NCBI GenBank assembly: GCA_964368435.1
Contig: CAYJBS010000003.1
Coordinates: 1-55,874 of the forward strand
DNA from: an uncultured Christensenella sp.
GTDB taxonomy: Bacteria; Bacillota; Clostridia; Christensenellales; DTU072
Direction: 5' to 3'
Length of the DNA: 55,874 nt
Each line of letters opens with the position of its first letter. The stretch's first letter is position 1. The notes below the pieces were generated by a model, which saw only the letters and a list, made by a program, of their open reading frames with translations, did not search any database and was not told the origin of the DNA. Below, piece by piece: positions 1 to 12,000 of this stretch. The translations under genes were made by a program, and so were the position numbers.

Positions 1-2
1 TT

Positions 3-3000
3 TTGAGCGCATTCTTGGACGATATTTCCGGCAAGAACACGCCTTATGTGCTACCAATGGAAACAAAACTGGATTTTACTTTGTATTATGACCAGTACAT
101 AAAAGAACAACAATTGCAGCGCGTACCGGGCGGTCCGAGAGACGGGCGATGGACAGCAGCCTCCCGAAACGCCTTTATTCTGAACGTTTTCATAAAAGGC
201 GCTACCGAGGCGGACAATACCACGCTCTTCAATATTTATGCCAACGACGTCTCCTTCAAAAGCAATGCTCCCGAGGAGGAACTTGGCTACATTTGGATAG
301 ATTTGGTCTGTTTGCGCGACAACCCGAATGTGCAGGCCATCCCAAAATACAAAATCCGCGAGGACTATTGGCTGCAATCCATAAACAGGTACATGAACCA
401 AACCGAGGCGGGCGAAAATGTAGACACAATGCTGAATCCCGACATAAGTCTGTCGATTATGACGATTATTTCTGCGCTTGTAGAGGACTCGTTTGTAGTT
501 TTTCAGCCTGAACAGATCGAAATAACCACCTCCAACGAAACAGTCCAGAACCTTTTCGGAGTCAAGAGCTTGATCGGAAACATCGGCACGCAAGTAGGCT
601 TGGTGCAGAGAGTTTTCGGCGTTGACGAAATCGAAGACGAATTTGCTCATTATACTGTCGGAGAGTTTACGGATATCACGGCAAGAGGCCCGTACACCAC
701 AAAACTGCATGAAAGCATAGACGTTACTTTCACTTTTGAACAGAACGGCAGAACCTGGAATGAGATTATTGCGATGAAGTTCGATTATGATCCCATCACG
801 GTCGCGGTTTCCGAGAATCCCATCGACGTATATCATCCTGAGATTTACGGTCCGATTATTATCAGCGAAACGGTGCCGAAATTCAACAGATTTATGGGCG
901 TCACGAGAGGCTACAAAATAACCATGAACGGCGGCGGTACATACTTGAAGAAAATAAGAAGACTCAACACCGAAGATTTTTATAACGCCGAGGATGACCT
1001 CATCATAACAGCCGAGGACCTTGCAGACAGAGACAAGTATACCGAAGAAGAGGCGAAATATATCAGAGAAAATTATATTCCGCATCTGCGGCTTGAGCCG
1101 AGAGAGCAATTGCCCGGCGCAATAAGTTTGGTGCTTTGGGATGAAAGTATCTATGACACCGGATATGCCACAAGGTTTGTCATCGATTGGGACGATGTCA
1201 CGTTGCAAGGCGGCGTGTACATGACAGAGGTGATTATCGCCGAAGGCATGATGGGCGAAACGGTTTTCCCGATATATATCATCGTCACAAACAGAGTTGT
1301 CGACACCTCCGAACAGAATCCGAAGGTTGTCAACGTTACTGCCGATCCCGACAGCGAAGAGCTTACGGAAGCGCCGGTTGTTGACACAGTGAACATCGAC
1401 CCATATGATTATTTGTGGGCAAAAGCCGCATACCTGAAGAAAAATATGCGCAAAGTATTTGAAACTCCGGAAGAAAAAGACATTGAGCGTACGTACTATG
1501 CGAAACAATTCATATTGAGCTATTTCAGCGCGCTTAACATCGAGATTCAGTTTGTCGATTTAGACAAAGACATACAGGATCACCGCGACACGCCCACCTA
1601 CAAAGGCGGACTGGTATGGTATTTCGACCGCTATATTCCCACGCAATATTACGACGAGACGGATATTGTGCTTACAGGCGGTTCGACATATATGCACGCT
1701 GACTTCCATGGTCAGGTAGTTGCGCTGAAACTTAATATTATGCCAAGAACGATAAGAGGCATATATTTTGACGGCGAGGAAGAGAACGATGTCTATACCG
1801 TCGATATGCTCGATGAAGAAACTTATATCATACCGCTTTATCCTACGGTGGTCTTCGAAGAAAAAGACGAAGGGGATCGGTACATAACAAAGAGGTTCTA
1901 TGACGCCTTGAATGACATTTATGTTCCTATGATATGGTCGAATCCGGAAGTCAACAATCCTACGCTTCAAGGCACGGATACACCTTTCACAGGCACCACC
2001 AGCAATCTCACAAGTTCCTACATAGACCTTTACCGCGCACTCGAGGTTGGCGAATGGATATTCAAGGAGTATTCTCCAATCCAAATCGTAAGAGTAGAAT
2101 GCCCGTCGAAAGAGATCGCCGAGCTTGATCCTGAAAACACAAGAACGGGTTACAGCAGTCTCGAAAACTGGAACAATGAGACTACGGAAGACATTTTGCC
2201 GTCATATATTCAGATAGGCTCCAACCCTGTCGGATTTTATCATGTAGATCCCTTCAACCCTGAGACAGCTAAGCTGCCGTACACAATCACCGTTACTTTC
2301 AAGGGCAGACTTGAAGGCGACCCGAATTACTCAAAACGTTACGCTGTAGAATGGGATGTATCTTCGGGATTGGTGGAACTTGTCGGGGATTATTACAGAC
2401 TGACAGTCAATTCCGACGACGAAAAGTATCTTAAACTTACTACCGAAGTGGGAAATAGTACCGTCGGTTATATCGAAATAACGCTTTGCGTAAAGATACT
2501 CACCTCACACTATACCGATATCACTTTTTATGACGAACAAAACAACGAAGTTGCCATTACAGGCAATCCTTCGACAGGGTATACCTACAAAGTAGATACT
2601 TATTCAGGCTTTAGCATCCCATATTCCTTTGCCGCGCTGTTCGGAGAGAGCGACACAAGATACTACAACACGAATTGGAAAGGCAGAGATTTGGCGGGAG
2701 AGTATGTCATACCGCTTGCGCAGATACAATTCCGACCCGGCAGCGTAATCGTTCTGATTACTACACTGCCCGGCGGCAATAACACTGTGCTTGAAGTCAA
2801 ATTGACCGTAAACGTAGTCGATTTGACACTGGAAAACATAATATTCACCAACATACCCATGTGGCGCGACGAAGGCGATCTTGTCAAGCTGCCGATTACG
2901 CTGAGGTTGAGCGACATAAACGACCTTACATTTGAGGGCATAAAAGTAAATACCGAAGGCAAAATCGAAAACTTGTATTTCGGCAGAGGTTTTTACGAAG

Positions 3001-6000
3001 ATATCGAATACAACTTTACCGGCATAAATGTTCCGGTAATTGCGGGTGTAAAGGACGAATGGGGCAATTATATTCAAGAACCTGTTCAGCCCGTTGCGCT
3101 TTATCCTTACGAACTGCTTTCACTTATTTTCATGAACGCTTGTTTGGTCTTTGATAACGGCGAAAAGTTAATAAAAGACCTTGGCATCCACAATCTCAGA
3201 GGCATAATGAATACTCAGGATATCGTGCAGAAATCCGGTGACACTATGAACTTTAATTATGGCAACGGAAAGTATGTCATCAGATTGGGACAGGGCGCAG
3301 GAGCGCACGATCTGCTCATCCGCATAAAATTTTCCGAAGGCATATTTGCGTTGTCGGGAACGACGATGCAAACGCACCGCATAAATCTCTATAACTCAGA
3401 CGGCAGCGCTATTTGGGGCATAAACGGCTTCATCCTTGGGGACAATATCAGCGCCTCAATCGAAGCCGCCATTCAAGCCACCCAAACACCTATACTCTTC
3501 GAGTATGGTCCTGAATATGGCGCCGATGCGCCGAGACTTACCGAATGGTACATCGAGAACAGCAATGTCGCGAGCATGCCCGTAGGCTCCTATATCACGC
3601 AAATTCCCATCGAAATACTCTATAACGGTTCGTTGGATGTCAGCCTCGAGATATCTTTCTTGACTGAACACGGCTTCAGAATAAAGAGGAGCCTAAACAT
3701 CGTAAAGGTCAATTTCGGTAACATGTTCAACAGCGTACCGACATATAACGACATTTTTGAAATTGTCGGCGGCAAAATCACCATAGACGACCTCTATGAA
3801 TTCAATCCGTTGAATGTCTATCTGTCAAGCCCCGATTATTTGCCGAAAGTCATAAACCGTAGATCATCTTTTTATGATATTACGGTGTCAGACATTGTGT
3901 GGACAATACATGATGACTGGAGATTTTTCCTCAACAACCACAACTACAGAGGCGAGGGCAGCGACATAAAACTTGCGACGGCGTCGATCCTTGGCTGGTA
4001 CGAAACCGTGCCCAACCAATACGGCGTGCCGGAAAGAGTGTACCACAACAGAGAACTCATAACTTTATATATCAAAGTGGAATCGGCTGAAGTCGTTTCG
4101 TTGCCGCTTGAACAAACTCACGGTCTGAAGACTGCTTATACCGACGTAGTCGTCACATCGAGTGTTGCCGACGAAATCAAAAGAGAAAGAATTTACGAAT
4201 TGTTCGGCGCTACCACAGAGTACGGTGATTATTATTATCGTGAATTTATCATAAATGTAGACGCCTACCGCAACGCAAACTATCAAGGTTTGTTTATTCC
4301 GCCGGCAAATCTGTCGGTTGGCTACCAATCGGGCGTAACTCATACTTTCTCGGGTCTGCGCTATATGTATAGAGGCGTGGAATTGACCGAAATCAGATAT
4401 GGCATCAATGGTATTATTTATTATTCCGATAATGACGGCGACTATATACTTGTCGGCACACAAAAAATCCACTTCATGAAGGGTGACAACAAATACAACA
4501 TCACGCTCAGCGTAAATCTCGGCGCAGGACAGACGATTGCTACCCGCATACACTTCTATGACAAGACTGTCGTAGCCGTCCGCCCCGTAATCGACTATGA
4601 CGACGAGGAGATACGCCGCAACATAACCACAGAGCTTGCCGAAATCTTGGACACCATAAAAACCCGTGTCCAAAACGGCATAAACTTGACGAAGCTTGAA
4701 TACGAGATAGGCTTGTGCCTCGACACAAATGTGGCGCTAAAAGAAGGCGTCAACAAAAAGAGAATAAGCAGCGAAATCAAGAAGTTGAATTCTTCAAGCA
4801 TACTTAGCGGCGCCGCTCGCGAAGTTATTTTTGCGCAGCTCAACCAAAAACCCGACTTGTACGAAAACGTCTATTCGTATGAAACCGAAAAGATAATACA
4901 CAATTATGTGGCAAATATCCTTATCGGAGTCTTTGATGCGATGGCGAATGACGGCACCGATGCTGTGTTGGCTCAGTTGACAGAATATCTCAAACCCGGC
5001 TCGCAAACGAGTTTTGCCGATGTTGAGAACGTTGTTGCATCATTCTTCGATGATGTCTACGACCAAAGCGCTCGGCTGATAATCAACAACAAAATCGTTG
5101 ATTTTGTCCAACCCGAAGTCGTCTTTGAACTTCAGCAAATGGACATTGATCAACAGATTTATCTCATAAACCTCAAGAACAATGTTGAAGCAGAACTCAA
5201 TATCGAAGCGTTGACTTCCGCCATAAAAGCTATTACGGAAACCAATTTGCAGACGGTCAGGAACGCCATTCGCACTCTCATAAATAATGAATTCGCCAGA
5301 ATGCTCAGCGTTGCGTTGGATGCAAGCGAAGATTCGGAGGAGTTGAAGAACGCTGTCCTCACAAAGATGACAGCAAGAAAAGAAGCCAAGAATGTCGCCT
5401 TGACAAACCTTAGAGATTTACTCGCCGACATACATTTCGGCACGGAGACGGGCAACACGCAAACTCTGCTCGAAAACTTCTTTGTCGATTTGTTCTATTT
5501 CGTTGAAGATGACTACAGCATGATGATTGCCGCTGTCAAACAAGAAATAGAAACTACTATCTCGAACCTTGTTTTGGAAATGCGCGCAAGCGTGGCGGCA
5601 GGACTTGCCATAAACACCGGAGGCAGACTGGGCAGAGCCATAAATCTCAGCGTAGCCTCGGCAATAAACAACGTAATGGTTGAAGGCAGAATTGTCGACG
5701 CAATGAAGATGGCGCGCAACCTAAATGTCATGAATCTCGGCAACGGACAATTTGCGATAGACCCCTATGGCGATTATATATTCGTTCCGTCAAAAACCGA
5801 AATAATATTCAGCGCCAACAACGGCGGAGACAGCTATGAAGTCAACATAAACTGGTCGAAACCCTCACAATGGTCGACACCGCGAAACCCCAACGCAGGA
5901 GTTACCTACAAAGGCAACGAAGGCAACATGCTGGACGCTATGGCATCAGCGTGGGAAATTCTATATGCGGAGATGACCAAAAAAGCCTCCGAAGTAGAAG

Positions 6001-8906
6001 GCTCCGAGGAACAACTTAGCATAGAGGATGACTTGCTTTACAGAAACATGAGCGCAGTCATCAACACTATTTATACAGAGAAACTGGGTTCGGTGAACTT
6101 GAATGAAGCACTGAAATCCGAAGGCTGGTTGGCGCTTTCAAGCGAAATCCCCGCAGGCGAACTGTTGGCAATAAGAACCAGAATAATGTTGAGCAACCCC
6201 ACTGCGGAAGGAGTGCCGCTCAATGCGCTGTGCTTTGATATGTGGGCGCACATAGAGGCATGGAACACCATAAAACTGTTGGAAGTCTATGACGATTCAC
6301 AGACACCCGAGGACGAAGATGCCATCTGGGAAAACCTTAAGATTGGCTTTGCCAGAAGAGAACTTGCCTTGTACCGCAACGAATTTACTTCGACGTTGTA
6401 CAGTGAAGGCATAGCTGCTCAAAATCTTAGCCTTATCATACTGGTGCATAGCAGAAACCTTTCGGACGGCAGCTGGAACCTCTATAATGACGAAACCAGT
6501 TGCTCCAAGCAAGATCCGTTGTATCACATAGCCGATCCCTTCGAGGGCAGAGTCGAGGACTTCCCCGACCTCATAAAACTCGATGACGGCATCATCGTAG
6601 ACGGCAAGTTCGTATCCTTCTCGGATTTATTTGTCGATTGGGATTTCAGCGATCACGCTATCAGCTATTCCGGCTCGGTAGTCATAAACCAAAATACCGG
6701 CAAGATGGGCATCATCGTAAAAGGCTACATAAAGAATGACCGGGTAGGACAAGAAGTTACGTTGCGTCTCGTCGTCAATGCGTGGGAATATAACGCCACA
6801 AGCGGCAGCGGTTTGAGACAATACAGCGGACCGGAAGGCGGCGACACAAACGACACCGCAAACTATACCATAATGAATCCTATCAGCTTTGTTTTCTCCA
6901 AGCTGGTGGATTATTCGGCGCAAAACCAGTACGAAGTCATGATAAAAGAGACTCAGTACAAGAACGAAACAGATGTCTTCGGCGAAATAACCAGAGAATG
7001 GACAGAAACCGTTTATAAAAACGTGCTGTTCTATCCTGAAGACAGCAGACTTATTCGCAGCAGCGTAGACGACGCAGAGATGGCAGAGATTGCGCGCAAG
7101 AGAAACTATATCCTTTATTGGGATGCCGAAGCCAAAGGCGTTGCCTACAACAGCGGCGGCGCGCCCATAACGGGCAGCTTCTCGCTGGGCAACGAGCACA
7201 AAAACAAACTGACTCGCGCCAACAGTTCGAGTTATCGATACGAAGAATCGTATATAAGCAAGGTCAACGCTGCGGATTATTCCATAGAAGGCCTAAAAAA
7301 CTGGTATATCGCAAAAGGCAATTCTTCGACGCAGGCGCAGGCGCTGGCGCTGGAGCAATACAACAAGCTGTACGGCAATACAGGCTCGGCGATACTTATA
7401 CTCAACCCGACCGACCCGTCACTGCCCGCAACCGTAAAGGCTCTTGGTACGTTGAACCAAACAGCAGGTACCGACCTGGGAAATGTGCGAATACTTTGGA
7501 ACAAGACATTGAGCAAAGCAAAATTAGACTTGATTGCTTACATAAAATTTATGTATCCGACGCTTACCAACAATGAGGCGGAGAAGGCGGCGATGGAGTT
7601 GCTTATCGATACCGGCAGAAGCCGCGCTCAAGAGCAGGAACTCATCGAGAATATCATAAATTGGCAACAAACTATGTGGCAACAAAACAACAATACACCT
7701 TTCTCACAGTTTGCTAACGAGTCGTGGGACATATATCTCAACCACTCTTCGACAACGCCTGCCGTACGCACCAAAATGCTCAACCTGCTTGAAACGGTGA
7801 CAAAACAAAAAGGCAACCGTCAGACGACCATAAAGAAGTACGAGGGCTGGTATCGGATGTATATGTTCCTCTATATCCGCAGTGACGTGACGCTGTATAC
7901 CGAGGACGAGAAAGCCGGCATATGGGATTCGAGGGTCAGCACTGCTACAGACCCCAATGAGTTGCTGACGATGCTTGGACACATTCAAGACGCCAACCCG
8001 AATTTGACCTTAGTCGAAATAAAGGCGCTGGCATATGACGAATACATAAAGACCGAAAAATGGATAAGCCTTAACTTAAGCTATGCAGGCACCACAGCAT
8101 TGACATCCGAAATCAACGTGTTGTATGCCGCAATTTCGGCGCAGTATCCGGCATTGAACCCCTATGAAATAAGAGCCAAGAGTTGGGACGCATTCGGAGA
8201 GGAATTCGAGAACGAAGATATGGTGTCGCTGGACGCATTGAGAGACAAAGCAGCTGCCGAAAATCCCGAAACCACAGAGATTGAAGAGCTTGGCGCCATT
8301 GCTTGGGATATGTGGCTAAAAGGCACCGCGTTCAAGGAGTGGTTCATAAAAGAAGCCAAAGCCGCGCTTTGCATAGAAGAAGAATACGATGTACAGGGTG
8401 CGCCGGGGTATCTTGACGGCGGCATTGACGGCACAAAAACAGTCACGCTGTTGCTGCAATTGACGAAGGGCGGTTACATTTATACCCAGACCTTCAAAAT
8501 CAGATTGCTTTTCCTTGATCTGTCGCCACTGCAATATTACAGCGACATGAATGGCAATCAAATTATCGGTCAGATTCCGAAGAACAATCCTCCCTCGGAA
8601 TTATCGGTTGCCGTAAAGACGGATTATAACAAAGACAGCGATTATGTCGGCGGTATCAATCCATATGACTCAAGGCAGCAAATGGTCTTTGATATGCTCG
8701 ATTATTTTGCCGGAAATGAATTCAGCGGCGACATAGTCTCAAAGATTATCGGCGGCAAGCAAACAAACGTAAAGATACTTAATATTACCAACATAACTTG
8801 GAAAATTCCCGCAGACAGCGGAAGCGGAAGTGTTATCTACTCATCCTCTTTCACAATCGGGAATGTAACGTACCGGTCGAACCTATTGAGAATGGTGTTG
8901 GTGTAA
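3..8906 (+). CDS. Giant extracellular/surface protein with its 5' end outside the window (at least 2,967 aa visible); function unknown
   Basis: A single uninterrupted frame runs from the window edge to TAA at 8904-8906. The TTG at position 3 is only the first start-like codon, so the true start is upstream. Beta-rich modules with DP[YF]...LP..v.v.f motifs (HVDPFNPETAKLPYTITVTF, AIDPYGDYIFVPSKTEIIFS) alternate with Ala/Leu/Glu/Gln-rich, presumably helical tracts at approx 4590-5740, 5900-6330 and 7250-8390. There is no LPXTG, SLH or TM segment at the C terminus (...NLLRMVLV*). Confidence 0.85.
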   Translation: MSAFLDDISGKNTPYVLPMETKLDFTLYYDQYIKEQQLQRVPGGPRDGRWTAASRNAFILNVFIKGATEADNTTLFNIYANDVSFKSNAPEEELGYIWIDLVCLRDNPNVQAIPKYKIREDYWLQSINRYMNQTEAGENVDTMLNPDISLSIMTIISALVEDSFVVFQPEQIEITTSNETVQNLFGVKSLIGNIGTQVGLVQRVFGVDEIEDEFAHYTVGEFTDITARGPYTTKLHESIDVTFTFEQNGRTWNEIIAMKFDYDPITVAVSENPIDVYHPEIYGPIIISETVPKFNRFMGVTRGYKITMNGGGTYLKKIRRLNTEDFYNAEDDLIITAEDLADRDKYTEEEAKYIRENYIPHLRLEPREQLPGAISLVLWDESIYDTGYATRFVIDWDDVTLQGGVYMTEVIIAEGMMGETVFPIYIIVTNRVVDTSEQNPKVVNVTADPDSEELTEAPVVDTVNIDPYDYLWAKAAYLKKNMRKVFETPEEKDIERTYYAKQFILSYFSALNIEIQFVDLDKDIQDHRDTPTYKGGLVWYFDRYIPTQYYDETDIVLTGGSTYMHADFHGQVVALKLNIMPRTIRGIYFDGEEENDVYTVDMLDEETYIIPLYPTVVFEEKDEGDRYITKRFYDALNDIYVPMIWSNPEVNNPTLQGTDTPFTGTTSNLTSSYIDLYRALEVGEWIFKEYSPIQIVRVECPSKEIAELDPENTRTGYSSLENWNNETTEDILPSYIQIGSNPVGFYHVDPFNPETAKLPYTITVTFKGRLEGDPNYSKRYAVEWDVSSGLVELVGDYYRLTVNSDDEKYLKLTTEVGNSTVGYIEITLCVKILTSHYTDITFYDEQNNEVAITGNPSTGYTYKVDTYSGFSIPYSFAALFGESDTRYYNTNWKGRDLAGEYVIPLAQIQFRPGSVIVLITTLPGGNNTVLEVKLTVNVVDLTLENIIFTNIPMWRDEGDLVKLPITLRLSDINDLTFEGIKVNTEGKIENLYFGRGFYEDIEYNFTGINVPVIAGVKDEWGNYIQEPVQPVALYPYELLSLIFMNACLVFDNGEKLIKDLGIHNLRGIMNTQDIVQKSGDTMNFNYGNGKYVIRLGQGAGAHDLLIRIKFSEGIFALSGTTMQTHRINLYNSDGSAIWGINGFILGDNISASIEAAIQATQTPILFEYGPEYGADAPRLTEWYIENSNVASMPVGSYITQIPIEILYNGSLDVSLEISFLTEHGFRIKRSLNIVKVNFGNMFNSVPTYNDIFEIVGGKITIDDLYEFNPLNVYLSSPDYLPKVINRRSSFYDITVSDIVWTIHDDWRFFLNNHNYRGEGSDIKLATASILGWYETVPNQYGVPERVYHNRELITLYIKVESAEVVSLPLEQTHGLKTAYTDVVVTSSVADEIKRERIYELFGATTEYGDYYYREFIINVDAYRNANYQGLFIPPANLSVGYQSGVTHTFSGLRYMYRGVELTEIRYGINGIIYYSDNDGDYILVGTQKIHFMKGDNKYNITLSVNLGAGQTIATRIHFYDKTVVAVRPVIDYDDEEIRRNITTELAEILDTIKTRVQNGINLTKLEYEIGLCLDTNVALKEGVNKKRISSEIKKLNSSSILSGAAREVIFAQLNQKPDLYENVYSYETEKIIHNYVANILIGVFDAMANDGTDAVLAQLTEYLKPGSQTSFADVENVVASFFDDVYDQSARLIINNKIVDFVQPEVVFELQQMDIDQQIYLINLKNNVEAELNIEALTSAIKAITETNLQTVRNAIRTLINNEFARMLSVALDASEDSEELKNAVLTKMTARKEAKNVALTNLRDLLADIHFGTETGNTQTLLENFFVDLFYFVEDDYSMMIAAVKQEIETTISNLVLEMRASVAAGLAINTGGRLGRAINLSVASAINNVMVEGRIVDAMKMARNLNVMNLGNGQFAIDPYGDYIFVPSKTEIIFSANNGGDSYEVNINWSKPSQWSTPRNPNAGVTYKGNEGNMLDAMASAWEILYAEMTKKASEVEGSEEQLSIEDDLLYRNMSAVINTIYTEKLGSVNLNEALKSEGWLALSSEIPAGELLAIRTRIMLSNPTAEGVPLNALCFDMWAHIEAWNTIKLLEVYDDSQTPEDEDAIWENLKIGFARRELALYRNEFTSTLYSEGIAAQNLSLIILVHSRNLSDGSWNLYNDETSCSKQDPLYHIADPFEGRVEDFPDLIKLDDGIIVDGKFVSFSDLFVDWDFSDHAISYSGSVVINQNTGKMGIIVKGYIKNDRVGQEVTLRLVVNAWEYNATSGSGLRQYSGPEGGDTNDTANYTIMNPISFVFSKLVDYSAQNQYEVMIKETQYKNETDVFGEITREWTETVYKNVLFYPEDSRLIRSSVDDAEMAEIARKRNYILYWDAEAKGVAYNSGGAPITGSFSLGNEHKNKLTRANSSSYRYEESYISKVNAADYSIEGLKNWYIAKGNSSTQAQALALEQYNKLYGNTGSAILILNPTDPSLPATVKALGTLNQTAGTDLGNVRILWNKTLSKAKLDLIAYIKFMYPTLTNNEAEKAAMELLIDTGRSRAQEQELIENIINWQQTMWQQNNNTPFSQFANESWDIYLNHSSTTPAVRTKMLNLLETVTKQKGNRQTTIKKYEGWYRMYMFLYIRSDVTLYTEDEKAGIWDSRVSTATDPNELLTMLGHIQDANPNLTLVEIKALAYDEYIKTEKWISLNLSYAGTTALTSEINVLYAAISAQYPALNPYEIRAKSWDAFGEEFENEDMVSLDALRDKAAAENPETTEIEELGAIAWDMWLKGTAFKEWFIKEAKAALCIEEEYDVQGAPGYLDGGIDGTKTVTLLLQLTKGGYIYTQTFKIRLLFLDLSPLQYYSDMNGNQIIGQIPKNNPPSELSVAVKTDYNKDSDYVGGINPYDSRQQMVFDMLDYFAGNEFSGDIVSKIIGGKQTNVKILNITNITWKIPADSGSGSVIYSSSFTIGNVTYRSNLLRMVLV

Positions 8907-8935
8907 GATATGAAACAGCTACTGGAGGCTATACA

Positions 8936-9007
8936 GTGAAGAGAACAACAAAAACCATAGTTTTGATTGTGCTGACGGTGATTCTGGCACTGACCTTGTT
9001 GGCGTGT
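8936..9007 (+). other. Lipoprotein signal peptide with lipobox L-L-A-C (Cys codon 9005-9007)
   Basis: It has a basic n-region (KR..K), a 17-residue hydrophobic core, and then LLA|C, which fits the [LIVMF..]-[LIVM..]-[AGS]-C lipobox rule. Confidence 0.7.
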
Positions 9008-12000
9008 GCGCCAAAAACAGGGTTGCCGACGCCGCTACCCGATGAAGTGGGTCCGACGACTCCTATTTTTAACATAAACAAGAACCAGCTTATGCGGAAA
9101 ATAAGCGACGGAATGCTTGTTGGCGCCGAAAGAATAGAGGATAGCCAGGAAACATATGTCAGCTCTGTTTATACCATACATACGGGATACATAAACTACA
9201 CAATCGACTATAAGGCGAACTATGCCTCCAGACGCCAAAACAGTCAGATTTATGTTAAGGTATTCGACAACAACTATCACATGAACCGTATATTTATCTA
9301 TTACAACAAAGGAGATTTATTCTTACAGTCCCAAGGCGAAAAACACAGTATACCCGACTTTGGCTCGACAAATATGTTCGATCTGTTCTTTGAGCTTGTC
9401 ACGATATTCGATATGTCCGGCACCTTTATCGGACAGACCATGTCCGACCTCTTCAACCCCGACAATATCGGCGCCAACTTGAGCCCGCTTGTCGACCAGA
9501 GCCGTATGAAATACATAAAGGTCACCGACACCGCCGAGTCTATAGAAATAAGAGATGTCAACCTGAATTACGGACAAATCAAGATTCAGGTTAATGACAT
9601 GATAAAAAATACTTTCGAGAAGTTTGAGCGCAAGTTTGACTTGCTGAGCTTAAAATATTTGGGACTGCGCATCAGCGATCTTGCCATTCTTGAGATTGCC
9701 ACAATGACGGGTGACTTCATAAATGTCCGACTGGACAAGCAAGGCGTCGAAACGGTGATATTCGAAGCCAGCGGTGACATGGCGGACGGCATAAACACCT
9801 TTGACATCGATATGACAGTAGTCGCCAGGGAAGGCAAGGGCGAAATAAAGATTGACCCTACCGAAAACCCCTACACGAACACATATCCCGAGATGCTTAT
9901 GGGACGCTACAACTACGGCGGCACGCTGTTTGTACCCTTCTTTGATATGACCTACGACGCAACGCTGCGTACCATACTTTCATCGACCGACAACACCGTC
10001 AACCAAGTACTTTTCACTATTGACAGCGTCAATGAAGAGATGGGCGGTCTTTTTTATAAGGACCAAATGCTTTATGTCGATATATCGGGAATGAGTCGAC
10101 AGCTGAACGGAGCTATCGAACTCGATAAGCTCAATCTGCCCAAAGTAAAGTTTGAGGGCATAAACCTAGCGCAGGAAATTACACTGCTCATAAACGATGT
10201 ACTAAAAATTGTGCAGTCTTTCCGTCAAGATGACGACTACGGCGAGAACGAAGAGCTTATGCAGCTGGTTCTCGACAACATTTATTCCGACGAAAAGACC
10301 AACACCATATCCATAAACATAACAAAAGAACTCATACAGCAACTCTATGGAGAGGATATCGACCTAGTAGATTTGCTGGCGCAAAAACTAAAAGTAGACC
10401 GTGCGCTGATTGCGCAGATACTCGGCGACAACGCATTGGAGAACGCCGTACTGGTGCTTTCTTATAATGTAGAAAACGGAGATATCGGTGTCGACCTCTA
10501 TGACGGCGACTTCCTTGTCTTCCAATTGAGACTGTCTGTCATTGACCCTCTTCCCGGCGACAACTTGGTTTATCCCGAATCTTTCAACCCCGATTATTTC
10601 TATTGGTTGGAAATTCCCGACAACACCATACTTTCTATCGACGGTTCGCTGTCCATGCAACAGGTTTCGAAAGTACAATTTGATCAGCTTTTCGGCGCGC
10701 TGTTCGGAGACATAACAGGACTCAACACCCCATATACGTTGTACAGCAATGAGGTACTCAACTTCTCGTTGGACGTCATGCAGGTGTATAGCTATGCCGA
10801 AAATGCCTCCGGAGACAACGAACGAACCATCGAACAGGTCATGAAGTTCGAGATTTTCAAAAAAGAAGTGTTGCAACTGGGTGTGTATTCTTCTTCGGAC
10901 CCCAATTATTTGCTAGTGAATTTCAACGTGCCGATAGGTCCGTCGGGTAGCGATAAAGACGGCATTCCCTACAAACAAAGCGCGCTGAAATATCGAATAG
11001 AACGTCAGAAAGTCAAGGACGCTTTCAATGAGTTGCTCGGAGAGGACAACATTTTTGTAATGGAAAACATTATGGATGTCCTCAGCAAGCTGCTGAGTTC
11101 TGTGCGCGACAGCAAGAGTATGCAGTTGCGATTCATCAACTCAAGTTTGGCGTTCAATCTGATTTCGGACACCGTGAAAGAGATTATTGGCATCGACAAC
11201 CTGAACGCCTTGCTTCAAGCGCGCGTAAGATTTGCGGTGACGGCGGAAGAGTATCTCGACATAAAGAATATAGAAAGTCAATTTTCGACACCCAATGTTC
11301 GCCCATTGGAGAACCATACCTTTGAAAGTATATACAAGACACAATGGCACGAATTTGTTTATTCGTACTTCGGCGATAATCTTATGCGCCTAAAACTGAC
11401 TTTCCTTCCCGGTTCGGTTAAGATAGTTTCGGGCAAATATTTTTATCAGCCCAGAGCAAAAATACTTGATGTAATATCGACTTATTATGTAACAATTCTT
11501 GACGGAGACAATGGCATAAAGATTGTCGAAGCCGTTCTCGATCCCGATACCCCGAGGAACAAGGACGCTGCGCTCAGCGCCACGCATCCGATGAGTATCG
11601 ACCCGTCCACAACATCCACCCTGCCCGGACGCATTTCTGTGTTGTACGATGACGGCACTTTCGGAGATGTGGAATATATTATTGAGGGCTTTGACATCAG
11701 CAATATCACCATATCGGGCATGCCTCGCGCGGAATATTGGCTGATTATCGGCAAAGAAAGTGTGGCAGAAAAGAGCTTTTATATTGCGGTGCAGGTACTC
11801 GGAAGAGTAATAGTGCCCTTGAGTGAAGTCATAAAAGGCGAAGTTGTATACATGAAGAGCGACGAGGGCGTACCCGTAGTCGCAGAGGTTACGGTTGACC
11901 CTTATTCATATGCCATACGAAAGGCAGAGAATCCGTTATGGTCGCCGCTGCCCTCGAGTTTGATATTGAGTTTTGAGTCGCCCGACGGAATAGAAGACGG

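Noticed and set aside
51-1508. Long antisense ORFs lie inside the large + strand genes: 51-1508, 18380-19069, 21956-22831, 38564-39823, 45827-46534 and 50986-51666, all on the - strand.
   Set aside because: Each is fully shadowed by a + strand ORF with clear motifs or an uninterrupted multi-kb frame. Their translations are rich in F/R/C/H and lack any motif. They have no RBS or promoter context, and some (45827-46534) run across gene junctions. These are typical shadow ORFs.
8798-8935. The ORF-track start of the 6,378-aa ORF overlaps the end of the upstream giant ORF by 108 nt. This could suggest one gene joined by a programmed frameshift.
   Set aside because: The overlap frame encodes no signal-like or conserved sequence. 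A strong GGAGG-7 nt-GTG start at 8936 is followed at once by a textbook lipoprotein signal peptide, and the upstream ORF has a clean TAA at 8904-8906. Two separate genes is the simpler reading.
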